Source: the human T2T-CHM13v2.0 reference genome, Homo sapiens. From it: a stretch of 64,000 bases of DNA. A model generated the notes under the pieces. It had not been told where the DNA came from. It saw only the letters and a list, made by a program, of their open reading frames with translations, and searched no databases. The translations under genes and the position numbers were made by a program. The number at the start of each line of letters is the position of its first letter. Position 1 is the first letter of the stretch. Below, in pieces: positions 52,570-64,000 of this stretch. The DNA lies in assembly GCF_009914755.1 (NCBI RefSeq), contig NC_060934.1. One strand, given 5' to 3'.

Positions 52570-54365
52570 CCTATACTCTCCTGGTACAAGCACAGACCAC
52601 ACACTCACAGCTCTAGAGTGGACACACAGCCACTACATTTCCTGAATAAATTCACACTCTTCAGATTACACAAACTCAAACATGCAGATGCCTAAATAAC
52701 ACACCCACGATATACTCACAGATCCAAATACACACATGGCTATATACTCCCAAATACAAACATACACAAGCCTCCATCTTGAAAACTATAAATATTCTGT
52801 CCATATCCTCAGGTTACATACACATAGTGGTAACACCCAAATACACCCAGCCATCTCTCTGCCTCCAAATTCTTCACACCAAAAATGTACACCTAAATTC
52901 TCATCTAGACACCGTGAGCATAAAGTCCTCTACTCTGAATACACACAAATCCAACACACAAACCATTAAAACATAGAACATTACCTGCCTTTTCAAATGT
53001 ATGCACACATATTCACAATATCTCACAGAACCGTCAAAATACACAAAACCACCCCCAGCACGCAAATACACACACACCATTCAAATAGGAACACATAACT
53101 ATCCAGTACCCTCAGAATAAACCCAAAACCCACTATGCTTCTGTAATATACTAAAAACTCACCCATGTTCCCCTAAAAACACATTTCTGACACCACTGAA
53201 TACTTAACCTACCTACATAAATATATATCTTAAATATATAACACATATACATGACACAGAATACAAATACCCAAAACAGATACAAATCCCCAAAATGTGT
53301 TAGTATAAAAATATCCCACACCTGCCAATGCCTCCCTTGTCACACACCAGCCTTCACACACCTAAACACACTCCCTCATCAACTCCCCATACTCCTTAGT
53401 GAAATATAAACACAGCAATGGAACATGTTCTGAATGTATACACAATGGGGCAGATGTATCACTATGAAGAGTATTCATGGTCTTTCTCTGTGGTGTCTCT
53501 GTCTGAGAGATTATACATCCCTAGTCTGTTTAACTCGAGTATGGCCACATGACTTGTTATGGCAAATGAAATGTGAGCAGAAATGCCATGTATGACTCTG
53601 AGCAGAAGAAGTCCTTCTAGTCCTGTCCCAAATGAGGCCGCTTCATCCATCTGGATCCAAGGCACAGGACCAGTAACTGATCAAAGCCAACCAATGGAGG
53701 ACACATAACATACATGAGAAACCTACCTTGTTGGAAGTCACTGAGATGCAGAATTATTTTCTTACATCAGATAATCTGAGATATTTTGATGGATACATAC
53801 CCCACCCACCAAAACATAGAGAAATACCACACTGCACACACACACACATACACATCCTCTCAAAACTCCCCAAATATGTGTCCTCCATTATCTACAGTTA
53901 GAAATACACATCTACAACCTTCCATGATCCAAATAAATGCACAGACACACCAACTCCCAGTCTCCAAATGCATATATTAGACACTCCAACCTTCTCAGGC
54001 CAGCTGCATAAAACCTGCAGAAGCTATGAATTCACACATGCCTCATCCCACCAGAATTCAACACATACTTCACATAAACTTACCCTCCTTCAAATACATG
54101 TACATGCTCCCTACACATACTCTGAATATCCACATAAACTACCCACAGTCTAGAACACATATAATCCAAAAGAATCCTCACATTATACACAAAACTCCAA
54201 CTCTACCACAAACATATGTGGTGGCTTTCCTCCCTAATACATATACAGCCCCTCAAACTCCCTAAATTCATACATACAAACTCCAACTTTGTATGCACAA
54301 AGACACACTACCCTAAACATACAGACCTCCACCTCCTACAATCCTGAACACACAGACACATGCAT
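52570..54365 (+). repeat. G-poor C/A-rich low-complexity tract, interrupted by an MLT1-like LTR piece at ~53465-53780
   Basis: Degenerate ACAC/AAATAC/CCCA composition; GGCCACATGACTTGTTATGGCAAATGAAATGTGAGCAGAA is an MLT1-type motif. Confidence 0.75.
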
Positions 54366-54851
54366 TTGTCTTCCACCCTCAGACTACAAATGAAGAAATG
54401 GATTCAAGCTGAACAGAGGCAGACTGTGGTCGATGCAGGCATCAGCCACCTAGATCCCTCCTTGATGAATGACTTGTTTCACCATTTGCTGGGAATACTG
54501 TTGAAAGATAGACTTGGCTCTCAGGCCCTCCCAGGGTTGCTTCAGCTATGGAGAGCACCCATGCTGAGTTCTCTCCTCTTTCTGGGGAAGCTTCATATCC
54601 AGTGGCTAATCCAAGCAGGTATAAAGCGGCTGACTAAGGACAGTTCTATTGAGACACTTTAGTCCCACAGCAGCAAATGGGGTCAGGTGAGACTGTTTGG
54701 GGGCCCGAGTCATAGTTTAACTTCTCCAATGCAACTATGCTCCCTTTTTTCACTTTTTAAAAAGCAAAACATTATACTCATAAATTCTCAGGGACTGAAC
54801 TAAGGGCACCCAACCTGGGACCACATTCTTTGATTCCTTCATTCAATGATT

Positions 54852-55154
54852 ATTTTATTTTTTTATTTTTTTTGAGACAGAGTCTCGCTCTGTCACCCAG
54901 TCTGGAGCACAGTGGCGCAATCTCGGCTCACTGCAAGCTCCGCCTCCTGGGTTCACGCCATTCCCCTGCCTCAGCCTCCAGAGTAGCTGGGACTACAGGC
55001 ACCCACCACCACGCCCAGCTAATTTTTTGTATTTTTAGTAGAGATAGGGTTTCACCATGTTAGCCAGGATGGTCTCAATCTGCTGACCTTGTGATCCGCC
55101 CACCTCGGCCTCCCAAAGTGCTGGGATTACAGGCATGAGCCACCACAGCCGGCC
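54852..55154 (-). mobile_element. AluY with 15-bp TSD, inserted in an L2-like segment
   Basis: Diagnostic CTGCAAGCTCCGCCTCCTGGGTTCACGCCATTC and TTAGCCAGGATGGTCTC; CATTCAATGATTATT at 54840-54854 and 55155-55169. Confidence 0.93.
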
Positions 55155-55889
55155 CATTCAATGATTATTGATTAAGCATCAACAAATACAATGATGACTA
55201 CTCTCTTACGGAGACTATATCCCATGGAAGTAAACAGATAATAAATAAATATACTATGAATACAAACACGTACACACAGTTTCCTGGAGATGTTCAGTCA
55301 GCAATTAGATTAAGCAACTGAGGCTCTGTAGAGACAAGTGAGGGGCTAAAAATATAGATTTGAGGAAAAATGCAAAGGAGAGAGTACATTCCCTCATATA
55401 AAATTGTTTCTGCTGGTGAGGTTTCCTGCAATTTTGGCACGAGGCATGCATTCGTTTTCAGGTCTATCGGTTATTTACTGTGGTAATACTGTAGATCGGC
55501 AGATTACTGCAGAATCCAATGGACTGAAGCCAGAAGCATTCACATCAGGCCTCTGAGGGTCAGTGATTTGGCTTGGCTCTGCTGGGTTGTCCTTCTGCTC
55601 CAGTCTGTTCTGCCGTTCTTTGTTGCCTCCTTGGTACAGACACTGTAATGGGTGCCCCAGAGGATTCTAAGGTGAATAGGTCAGCTCCCTGTGTCTGAGG
55701 TTTAAATCCTGTAGGAGCAGAGGTTTCCAGCATTAATTTTGCTACGAGACAGAGGTTGAAGTTGGGGATTTAGGGGCAAGAGCAGGGAGCCCATGCTCCC
55801 CTGGGGCCATCAGAAGAAGGGGCTCTGAGTGTGGATGGGAGGGGGCCTATACTAGGGAAATGGGCAGTTATGTTCCATATGGACTAGTA

Positions 55890-56140
55890 ATCACATTAGC
55901 TAACAGTTATGCCATATGCACCTACAGTACAGCCTTCACTGCTCCAAGCAATTTACATGTATGAATGCCAATCTTTATAACCCCGTGGAGTTAGCACTAT
56001 TATCCTCATTTTACAGATAAGTAAGCTGAGGCTCAGAGAGGTTAAAATACTTGCCCAAGGTCACAAAGGTCAGGTATACACTGGGGCTTCTGGGATTTGA
56101 GCCAGCAGTCTGGCTCCAGAGCCTGTACCCTTGACCTGAC
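55890..56140 (-). mobile_element. MIR SINE
   Basis: CATTTTACAGATAAGTAAGCTGAGGCTCAGAGAGGTTAAAATACTTGCCCAAGGTCACA. Confidence 0.85.
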
Positions 56141-57770
56141 CATGGCTGCCCCTTGAGAAACTTCCCTGCCACTAGGGGAGTGCTGAGTGCAGAGAAGACA
56201 TGTCATACAGGAAGTAACATTCCAGTTACATCTTCTGGCAATGAAGCTCCCCCTACAATAAGGGGTCCTCATGGGGGAGGATCACCCAACCACAGCCCTT
56301 TCCAGTGCCCACTGTCAGCACAGCAGCTGTGTCCTTGCTGGTAGAACACCCCATCTCCTACCACCTGCTTCCCAAGCTGGGCCTGGGCTTGTCCCTCCTG
56401 GGATACCTCCAGTTACATTTGCCTCCACCTCGCATTAGGAACCTTGGGTGACTCCCAAGAGAAGGCCCTGGTCTCCTTAAATATCCCAATTCTAACCTGC
56501 AGACACCATGGACATACTTATTACTCAAAGGATGGTTGAATAAAGTCTTGATCTGCAAGAAGGACCTAGACCACTGAGCCCCAAGCTGACATTCCCCCAG
56601 TGTTCCCTACTTACAGCCCCAGGAAATGGGTCTGGGCAAGGAAGGAGAGGCTGGGGACTCTTGTGTGTAGCGGGGCTTCATATGCGCTGACATGCCCCCT
56701 CCACCTCTTTGTGCAGTCAAAGCCTGCCTCCCACTCCATTCCCGACCCCCAGCTCTCCCTGCTCTGTTCCTAGTGTCTGCCTGGCTGGCCCGTTCTGCCT
56801 TCCCTGGTCAGCCCATTCTGCCTTTCCTGGTCTTGCCCACTAAGCCTCCTTCCTTTGACCCTAGACTCCTGCAGTGGGCATCAGAACAGCCTCCTTTGAA
56901 GGGGCAGTTCCTCAGTGGCCTCACTGTTTCCTTCTGAGTGTTCTCAGACCCACTGCTGTGTCACTATAGGGCACCAGGGCCCAGTGAGGACTGAGATGGG
57001 AACATATCCTTTTTCCTATCAGCTCCTGGGAAACAGAACAGTCAGAGGCTTCTAAGGGGCTGGACAGAGGGGCCACTCAGCACACAGTTGAGGATATCTT
57101 CTGTTCATAGAGAGAAGGGGGTGGTGCAGGATACATTTCATGACATACACTCCTCAAAAATATTGAGCCCAGAACAAATGGCTTAGGCCAACCTCAGCAA
57201 TTCTAGCAATTGCCATTCATGCAACCTGCATGGGAGATTTTCTGTGCTGATTCAAGACCAAGAGACACATGTACTTCTCCCCTAAAACTCAGGATCCATG
57301 ACTACCCATTTCAAAACAAAGAAATCCAAGAAGATCTACCTGGTATACATTACAGTGCATTTTTTTAAGACATATATTATAAAAGCAGACAGAGCTCCAT
57401 TCTGCCAATGAAACACAATACAACTAGTGCAACATACCCTCATTATGTTAGGGCAGGACATGAGGGGGCAGCAAGAACCACCAGGAATCCATTTGTACCA
57501 CAGGGAAGTGGCTATTAGAACATTAAAGGAAGTGATGTTGGCACATTTTATTGGCGGGAGGATTCACCACGAGGAAGATAAGGCCAGAAGGCGACTCCCG
57601 GTAAGGAGCAAGGCCCACAAATCCTCGGGTGAGTCTGAGGGAGGAGGTGGTGGCTGTGGGGTCAGCAGGTGGACACCTGCATCACGTGGCTCCCTCTGCT
57701 GGGCTTGTGGCCCCATGTGCAATAGAGAAACTAATGGAAGGTTGGGTGACCCAATCAGAAATATGAAGCT

Positions 57771-58087
57771 GGCCAGGCGTAATGGCTCACACCTGTAATC
57801 CCAGCACTTTGGGAGGCCGAGGCAGGTGGATCACCTGAGGTTAGGAGTTCGAGACCAGCCTGGCCAACATGGCAAAACCCCGTCTTTACTAAAAATACAA
57901 AATTAGCTGGGCTTGGTGGTGCATGCCTGTAATCCCAGCTACTCCGGAGGCTGACGCAGGAGAATGGCTTAGAACCCGGGAGGCGGAGTTTGCAGTGAGC
58001 CGAGATCGTGCCACTGCACTCCAGCCTGGGCAACAGAGGGAGACTCTGTCTCAAAAAAAAAAAAGAAAAGAAAAGAAAAAAAAAGAA
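57771..58087 (+). mobile_element. Alu (AluSx-like) with TSD
   Basis: AGAAATATGAAGCT before and AGAAACATGAAGCT after. Confidence 0.93.
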
Positions 58088-59809
58088 ACATGAAGCTGAG
58101 ATGCGCTTGCCACTCCAGGGGCATCCTGAGCCTTTGGAAAGAACCTGTTGACAGGGTTCTCAGAAACATCAGAGCCACATTTTCTCAGGGGGGCTTCCCT
58201 GTCTCTCCAGAACCCAGCTCCCAGCACTCCTCAGGACAGAGCCTGCCCAGCTCTGCCCGTGTCACTTCACTGACCCCCACCCCTGCCAGGCTTCTCCCAC
58301 ACCCGCAGGGCCAGCACCCAACGTGCTGAGAGAATGGGGTCCCAGAACCAGATGAACACATCAGGGGAAACTGAATCCATTCTCTCTTGGGGTCCTGAGC
58401 CTCCCAGTGACAGAAGATCCAGGAGATGCGAGTGGGAGGTTGCCCTAACAGGATCTAACATCATGCTCCAGATTGCTGAAGGGACACAGATCGGTGCCTC
58501 CTCTCCTTGACTCTACCCTCCTCACTCCTTAGCACCAGGCCTGGCTGTACATCCCTGCCAAGGTGCAACTAAGACCTTTGCCTGCAGCTCAGGGGTGCCC
58601 CAGACAGGAGCACAAGAGGAGGCTCATCCCCACCCACAACCCAGGCCGGAGCGAATCTGGCTGCCCAGGCTCTGTGTCTGGCTTCTGCCCCAGGACCTGA
58701 GCCCGTGTAAACTCAGGCTTCCTTGGCCTGCCCTCCCCAGGCCCAGGTTCTAAAGGTTGCTCCCCACAACTTCCTTGTTGCTCCTCCACTTTGTCCCTAG
58801 AATTACAGCCCAGCTCTAGGCGGGACTGTGAAGCTCTGCCCAATGCTTTCCACGAGAAGTCAGATTCAGGCCCTTGTGCCTGAAGATTCCTTGTGAAGAG
58901 CAGATGACACCTTCTCCAAGAGCAGCTAAGGAATCACCTTGGCTCCTCAGGCTGAGTATACATTTTCTGTACGGAACTTCAGAAAGAAATGGTCAACATT
59001 CATTCCTCACTTCACCAGAGAAAGAAGAAAATGTCACGTGCCTTTGATTCCCTCTTTTTACCAAGACTCCACTGAGATAAAACTCCTAACACAGAAGCCA
59101 ACACGTATTCTCAACACTGGGTACCTGCTGGAGGTCCTGCCTTAGCCCCGAAGCCTCAGGTTTCCATGGGGACAGGTTGGTTGAGAACTGGTGGCCCAGC
59201 TCTCAGCCTGACACCCAACAGTATCCCCACCCAGGGGGCAGATGGTAGTGCAGGCACAGGTTCTGCAGGCTTTCATCTCATGGAACGTATGTTAGAGGGT
59301 GTCCTTGTCACTCGCCATGCCCCAGAGGAATCAGCAGGGACATCAGGACTGAGAGAAGACATGGCACATCTGACCTCCTGTCCTGGAAACCCCACATCTT
59401 TCTGACTGTGCTGATCACACGGACAATATCTAGAAAAGTTCTGCTCTGCACAGTGTTCCGTCTACCAGGCCCACCCATCTGAGGACCCAGATGCTAGGAA
59501 CACAGATACTGAAGGAGCAAACACCTGCCTAAGGTGCAGGTACCCCTGCATCCATCTGTGGGAGGAAGAGCAAGAAACTACCATTTATATGGATTCTTTG
59601 GCCCTAAGAATGAACCAACTATTTAGGAGTAACACAGTGATGCAGAATGACCAGGGAGGGTCATTCTCAACCATGCTCCCTGGTCATTCTGCATCACTAC
59701 AATACACATAGAATCCCCAGAATACACAACCATTAAAGCCTCAATATTCTTGCTTCATACAAACATTTGCTTACAGATCCTGAACACACAAACACACACA
59801 CACACCCGC

Positions 59810-60012
59810 CCCGGGGTGTGTTACTAACTGCTTAATAAAATGCTCTCCAGGGGGACATAGGAAAGCCTAGAATTGTGATGCTTATGTGGTGTAAATATCT
59901 CAGCATGACTAATTTTAAACTACCAACCTAACGCCACTGAACACAGAGATGAGAAGAGATGTGCCTTGCCCAGTGGCTACCCCAAGCTAGTACAAGCCAG
60001 CTCCAGCACAGC
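59810..60012. mobile_element. hAT-Tip100 (Arthur1/MER69-like) DNA transposon relic
   Basis: GGTGTAAATATCTCAGCATGACTAATTTTAAACTACCAAC...CACTGAAC...GAAGAGATGTGC...GCCAGCTCCAGCAC. Confidence 0.55.
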
Positions 60013-60157
60013 CACATCCTTTCATAGGAATACGTGTACACAGTCTACCTGCACCCTGAGTAGGACCCTCAACTCTCACCCCAAATATAAAAACAAAACC
60101 AAACCAGGTACCTCCAGAAGACAACCTCCTCATATATCCTAAACAGACACACACAAC

Positions 60158-60707
60158 TGAGATAGGATAGGGTGGTCATAGCCTCCATTAAAGGAGAACA
60201 AACTTGCTAAACAGATGAAGAGAACAAACCATCCGACAGTGCACAAGGAGGTCCTGCAGTAAGGAGGTGGAAAAGAAGAAGGGAAAATCCCCAAATTCAC
60301 ACAAGTGCAAAAACCCATGATTAGTGTCCCTGGGTTGACCAGTGCTCACTATAACAGTGAAAAACACACCCTTGGGTAGAGATTTAAGATGTTAATGATT
60401 CACCTGATATAGGCACTAGCATGTGCAGCAATAGCGCATGCATGTCCAGAGAACAGCCCAGAGAGTGCTTAACAGTGACACCCCTTCCCACCCCTTCATG
60501 AATAGTCATGTAAGGCTCCCATAAAGGAGGTTTCCCCAGTGTCAGTCAATGCTGTCTCACCTTTCAGCAGCCCACTCTGATCGGCTGTCAGAGTGTACAT
60601 TCACTTTGCAGTAACCTCTCTTGCTTACTTTTACATTGGACTCACTCTCAAAGTAAGACTTCTTTTGTGCAGCAAAGTCAAGAACCTGAACCAGCCCACC
60701 AGCAACA
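60158..60707 (+). mobile_element. ERV1-class solo LTR (MER66-like) with 4-bp TSD
   Basis: TG...CA ends; CAAC at 60154-60157 and 60708-60711; GCGCATGC...CCCCTTCATGAATAGTCATGTAAGGCTCCCATAAAGG. Confidence 0.8.
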
Positions 60708-60886
60708 CAACTGCTACCTGTACCCTAAATACACAGATGGCCTGCCCAATTATTACTTAAATTTGCAGACAAAACTCTACCCACCCCAAATGCTCACCTC
60801 ACTGCTAAAACCATATATGTATATATATACGTGCCCAAATACAAACATGTTCAATGAACACAGTACCCATATATACCCATATATAC

Positions 60887-61352
60887 TGTGAACCCTGAAA
60901 GGGCTGATCATAAGTGGCTAACTGGGCCTAAACTCAAAATGGAGCCAAGCAGCCATTTGCTGACTGCAAGTCTCACACATTTACCCTGCTTCCTGCAAAA
61001 ACCACATACTTGTGTCACTTTGGGACTTTCACAGCTGTCTGTTCCTGTTTATGTCACCTGAATCAAGGGGTACCATTTCATCATATGGACTTAAGAAATA
61101 GACTGTGACTTGCATCAGCCAATCAGAAATAAACAAGCTTGTATCCCTCATTTGCAGAGTGAACCAGATTGGGAATCTGAGAACGAATTTCTCTGTAAAA
61201 GATAATACCTCTCTTTGTTCTTTCAGAGTGTACCTTTGTTTTGCACTGAATGCTGGGACTCCTTGATTTGCAAACAGCTCAGTGGAATCAAATTTCTATT
61301 TTTTTCTTTTGTTGTTTTTTTAAGAAAACCCTTTTCAGTAGATTTGTTAACA
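60887..61352 (+). mobile_element. ERV1-class (MER4-group-like) solo LTR; subfamily uncertain
   Basis: TGTGAACCCTGAAA...CAAAATGGAGCC...AGCCAATCAG...TGTTAACA; flanks ATAC and GTAC. Confidence 0.7.
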
Positions 61353-61399
61353 GTACATAATGAAAATCCTATAGGCATAGGCTCAAAAAAAAATCACAA

Positions 61400-62860
61400 G
61401 GTATACAACACTTGTGTCATGCATCACCCAGAAAAAGAATCACATACAATCCCACAGCTCTAAAATATAGGAATCCATGATTCTTGAATCCAAACACAAC
61501 CTACACAGCCTCTCTGTTTCCAAATACATGCACTGAACCTCCCACATCTCCCAGAATACAAAACACAGAAGCCACATAAACTCAAATACACACAGAACCA
61601 CAAACTATTTTTATCAAATACATATAAGTCCACCTCACAAACTCTGAGAACACAGATACAAGTGGCAACACCAAATTCTGCGAGTATTACATTTCACAAC
61701 AGACACAGAGGACCACTAAGTCTTAATATACCCAAAACCCCTCTTATACACACTCACAAACTACCCATGAATACACACCTCACCCTCCCAGGTAAGACCA
61801 ATACAAAAAAAAAAAAACACAAAAACACCAATAATGCTCTAATATACGCACATAACTTTCATATACCCATGGGCACATACAAACTCACAAAAATATCCCC
61901 AATCCCTGAGTGTATAAATCCCCCGAAACACTATCCAATCAATATGCTACATCTCCGGAATACAACCTCCTCACCTCATCCCCTAAACATGCCCAAACAC
62001 GTGTACGAACATCCTAGCATTCTCCAAAGAAATACACTTTAAATACTAACAATCCCGTATTCTATAAACCGACTTAGATAATTCATCTATCTGCTGATAA
62101 ATATACACACAAACCAGTATACACACCCAAGATGCACAGAAATATCTCCAGCATATCATTTATAAATACCCATAAAAACACTTCCCAATCCCAAATTATC
62201 CCAATCTAGTATGAACCAGCTCCCACATTGCCAAGTACTAACCAATAACCATATCACATACCTCTGATACATATAAATTCAACTCTCCCACTCTCCTGTA
62301 TAAAAAGAGAACCCCATCTCTCTATCAGACACACACATACTAAATTCCCAGAATATATAACCCTAATAACCACTTACTGCAAAACACAAGCACATAGCTC
62401 CACAAAACCTACATCTAAACTGCCACGCCCTTGAACGCACACACAAACTCAATACTCATGTAGTTCTCTACATGCCCTAAATATACCCGCGATTAACTAA
62501 CACGCCACAAATATGCAAACATGCCACCTCATATCCCCAAATACACATACAGTTCCACAATACTGCCCGGCCCAGTTATGACCTTCTTTAATCTGCAATC
62601 TCCACACAGACACAACCAACCCACACACGTGAATACATATTAGATTCTCACCAATTAAATACATATCAAATTCCAAACTAAGAATTCATATAAACACATT
62701 TTCACATACACAAAACCACCCCCACAAATCTCACACCCTCCAAAATCCAAAATAAATCTTCCTGACATTCTCAAGTACACACTAACCCAACCACCCAAGA
62801 TACACACGTATGTGCAGTAAATTTTAGATACATGTGTAGCCTACAATTTACAAATAATAT
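61400..62860 (+). repeat. G-poor C/A-rich low-complexity tract
   Basis: Strong G depletion on the plus strand; degenerate ACAC/AAATAC/CCCA words. Confidence 0.8.
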
Positions 62861-63289
62861 ACCACTACTTTTTATTTGTAAATTCCACATAAGTAAGCGA
62901 TTCTCATGGGAGCTTTTCTTGACTTTGGCCACACTCTTGCATCCACAACCAACTTGTGCTACCAAGTGAACAGACTATGACTAAAGGCCTGTTCTTCCAC
63001 TTTGCAGCTGCTCATATCAGTGACAAATCAGCGTATTAGAACAAGCATGCTGGCTGATTATTCTGATCAAGTCAACAAGCTTCACAACTCACTCAATGAG
63101 GTCGTCCGTGAGAACTTCACTGTTTTACCAGGACAGGAGCTACTTCTTTGCTGAACTGCATCACGGTTTCAACTGCTGAGGTTTTCTTCAAGCTTTTGAA
63201 TTGTTTGGAATGTGAAAGGCACGGCTGAGACACACTTTGGCATTCCCACTGCATTGTTACACCTCCCCCATCACTTCAGGTCCAGGGAG

Positions 63290-63830
63290 CAAGGGAAAGG
63301 AGCGCAGCCTGGGTGTCCCGCAGGGCCCCCGCTAGGAAAGCTATGAACGATCCCGCCTTTAAGCGCAGCCACAGGCCTGCTCTGGTCACAATGTGGGGTC
63401 GCCCCGCAGACACCGGTGACCAGTGGGAGCATGACCAGGAGGTGATTACCTTCTAATCACCCTTGGTTTTATTTTTAGGTAACATCAAGGAGGACGCCAT
63501 GAGAGCGAAGGCCGTTGGGTAACCGCCCTTTGCTCTCGTGCTGCGCATCTCCCTGCCATAAACCGCCGCAACCGGCACTGGGAGCGGTTGAGGGCGGCCG
63601 GCCTCACGCTGGGAGCGGTTGAGGGCGGCCGGCCTCGCGCTGGAACCTCACCCGCCTCAAGGCTCGTGTGGCAGCGCACGGGGCAGGCCAGGAGCCCGCC
63701 CTGGGAAGGCCCCGCTGGAGATGTGGAAATGGAGGGAGGCAGCACCTGGGCGCTTCCTGGGGCCAGACAAGCCCCCTCATTGGAACCTCCATGACCATGC
63801 CTCTGAGAAACCAGCGCGTCCACAGCGACC
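63290..63830. promoter_or_regulatory. Small CpG-rich island or promoter-like segment, possibly the upstream region of a NUTM2-family locus
   Basis: Local rise in GC and CpG; 31-bp GC-rich tandem duplication at 63578-63639. The NUTM2 link is from recalled locus order only. Confidence 0.5.
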
Positions 63831-64000
63831 ACTCCTAATTTTCGGTAATACAAACCTGCAGTCCATGCACTTAGGTAACACCCTTGCTGAAAGGTTTACC
63901 TTTGGAGGGTTTATCCTAAAGCAAGGTATCCTCGAATTGCATGTCTTGCATTCCCTTTGGACGGCATTTATTTCATTCCTGCTCATGCCTTTCAAAAAAT

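Overview
Human (primate) genomic DNA with no intact protein-coding exon. Two processed pseudogenes are recognisable from their translations: SHQ1 (minus strand, 17122-19932, full-length mRNA copy with target-site duplication) and BEND3 (plus strand, from ~46711, 5'-clipped, long 3' UTR). A large CpG island at ~11.5-14.1 kb contains a minus-strand non-coding first exon ending in a canonical donor at 12342/12341. From my recollection of the gene order, this is chr10q11.23: SGMS1 promoter and intron 1, SGMS1-AS1, SHQ1P1, BEND3P1, with a NUTM2-family locus just beyond the right edge. That assignment is from memory, not a search. The rest is interspersed repeats (many Alus, old L1/L2/MIR, MER5/20/53/2/6 DNA transposons, ERVL/MaLR/ERV1 LTRs, an ERVL pol fragment) and long G-poor C/A-rich tracts at 52.6-62.9 kb. 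I find no convincing novel multi-gene system. The best observations are the SHQ1 retrocopy carrying a DNA transposon and an L1-derived polyA signal, the Alu-BEND3 junction, a perfect 23-bp hairpin, a cluster of five TGTCA motifs and a candidate uORF/G4 at the promoter.
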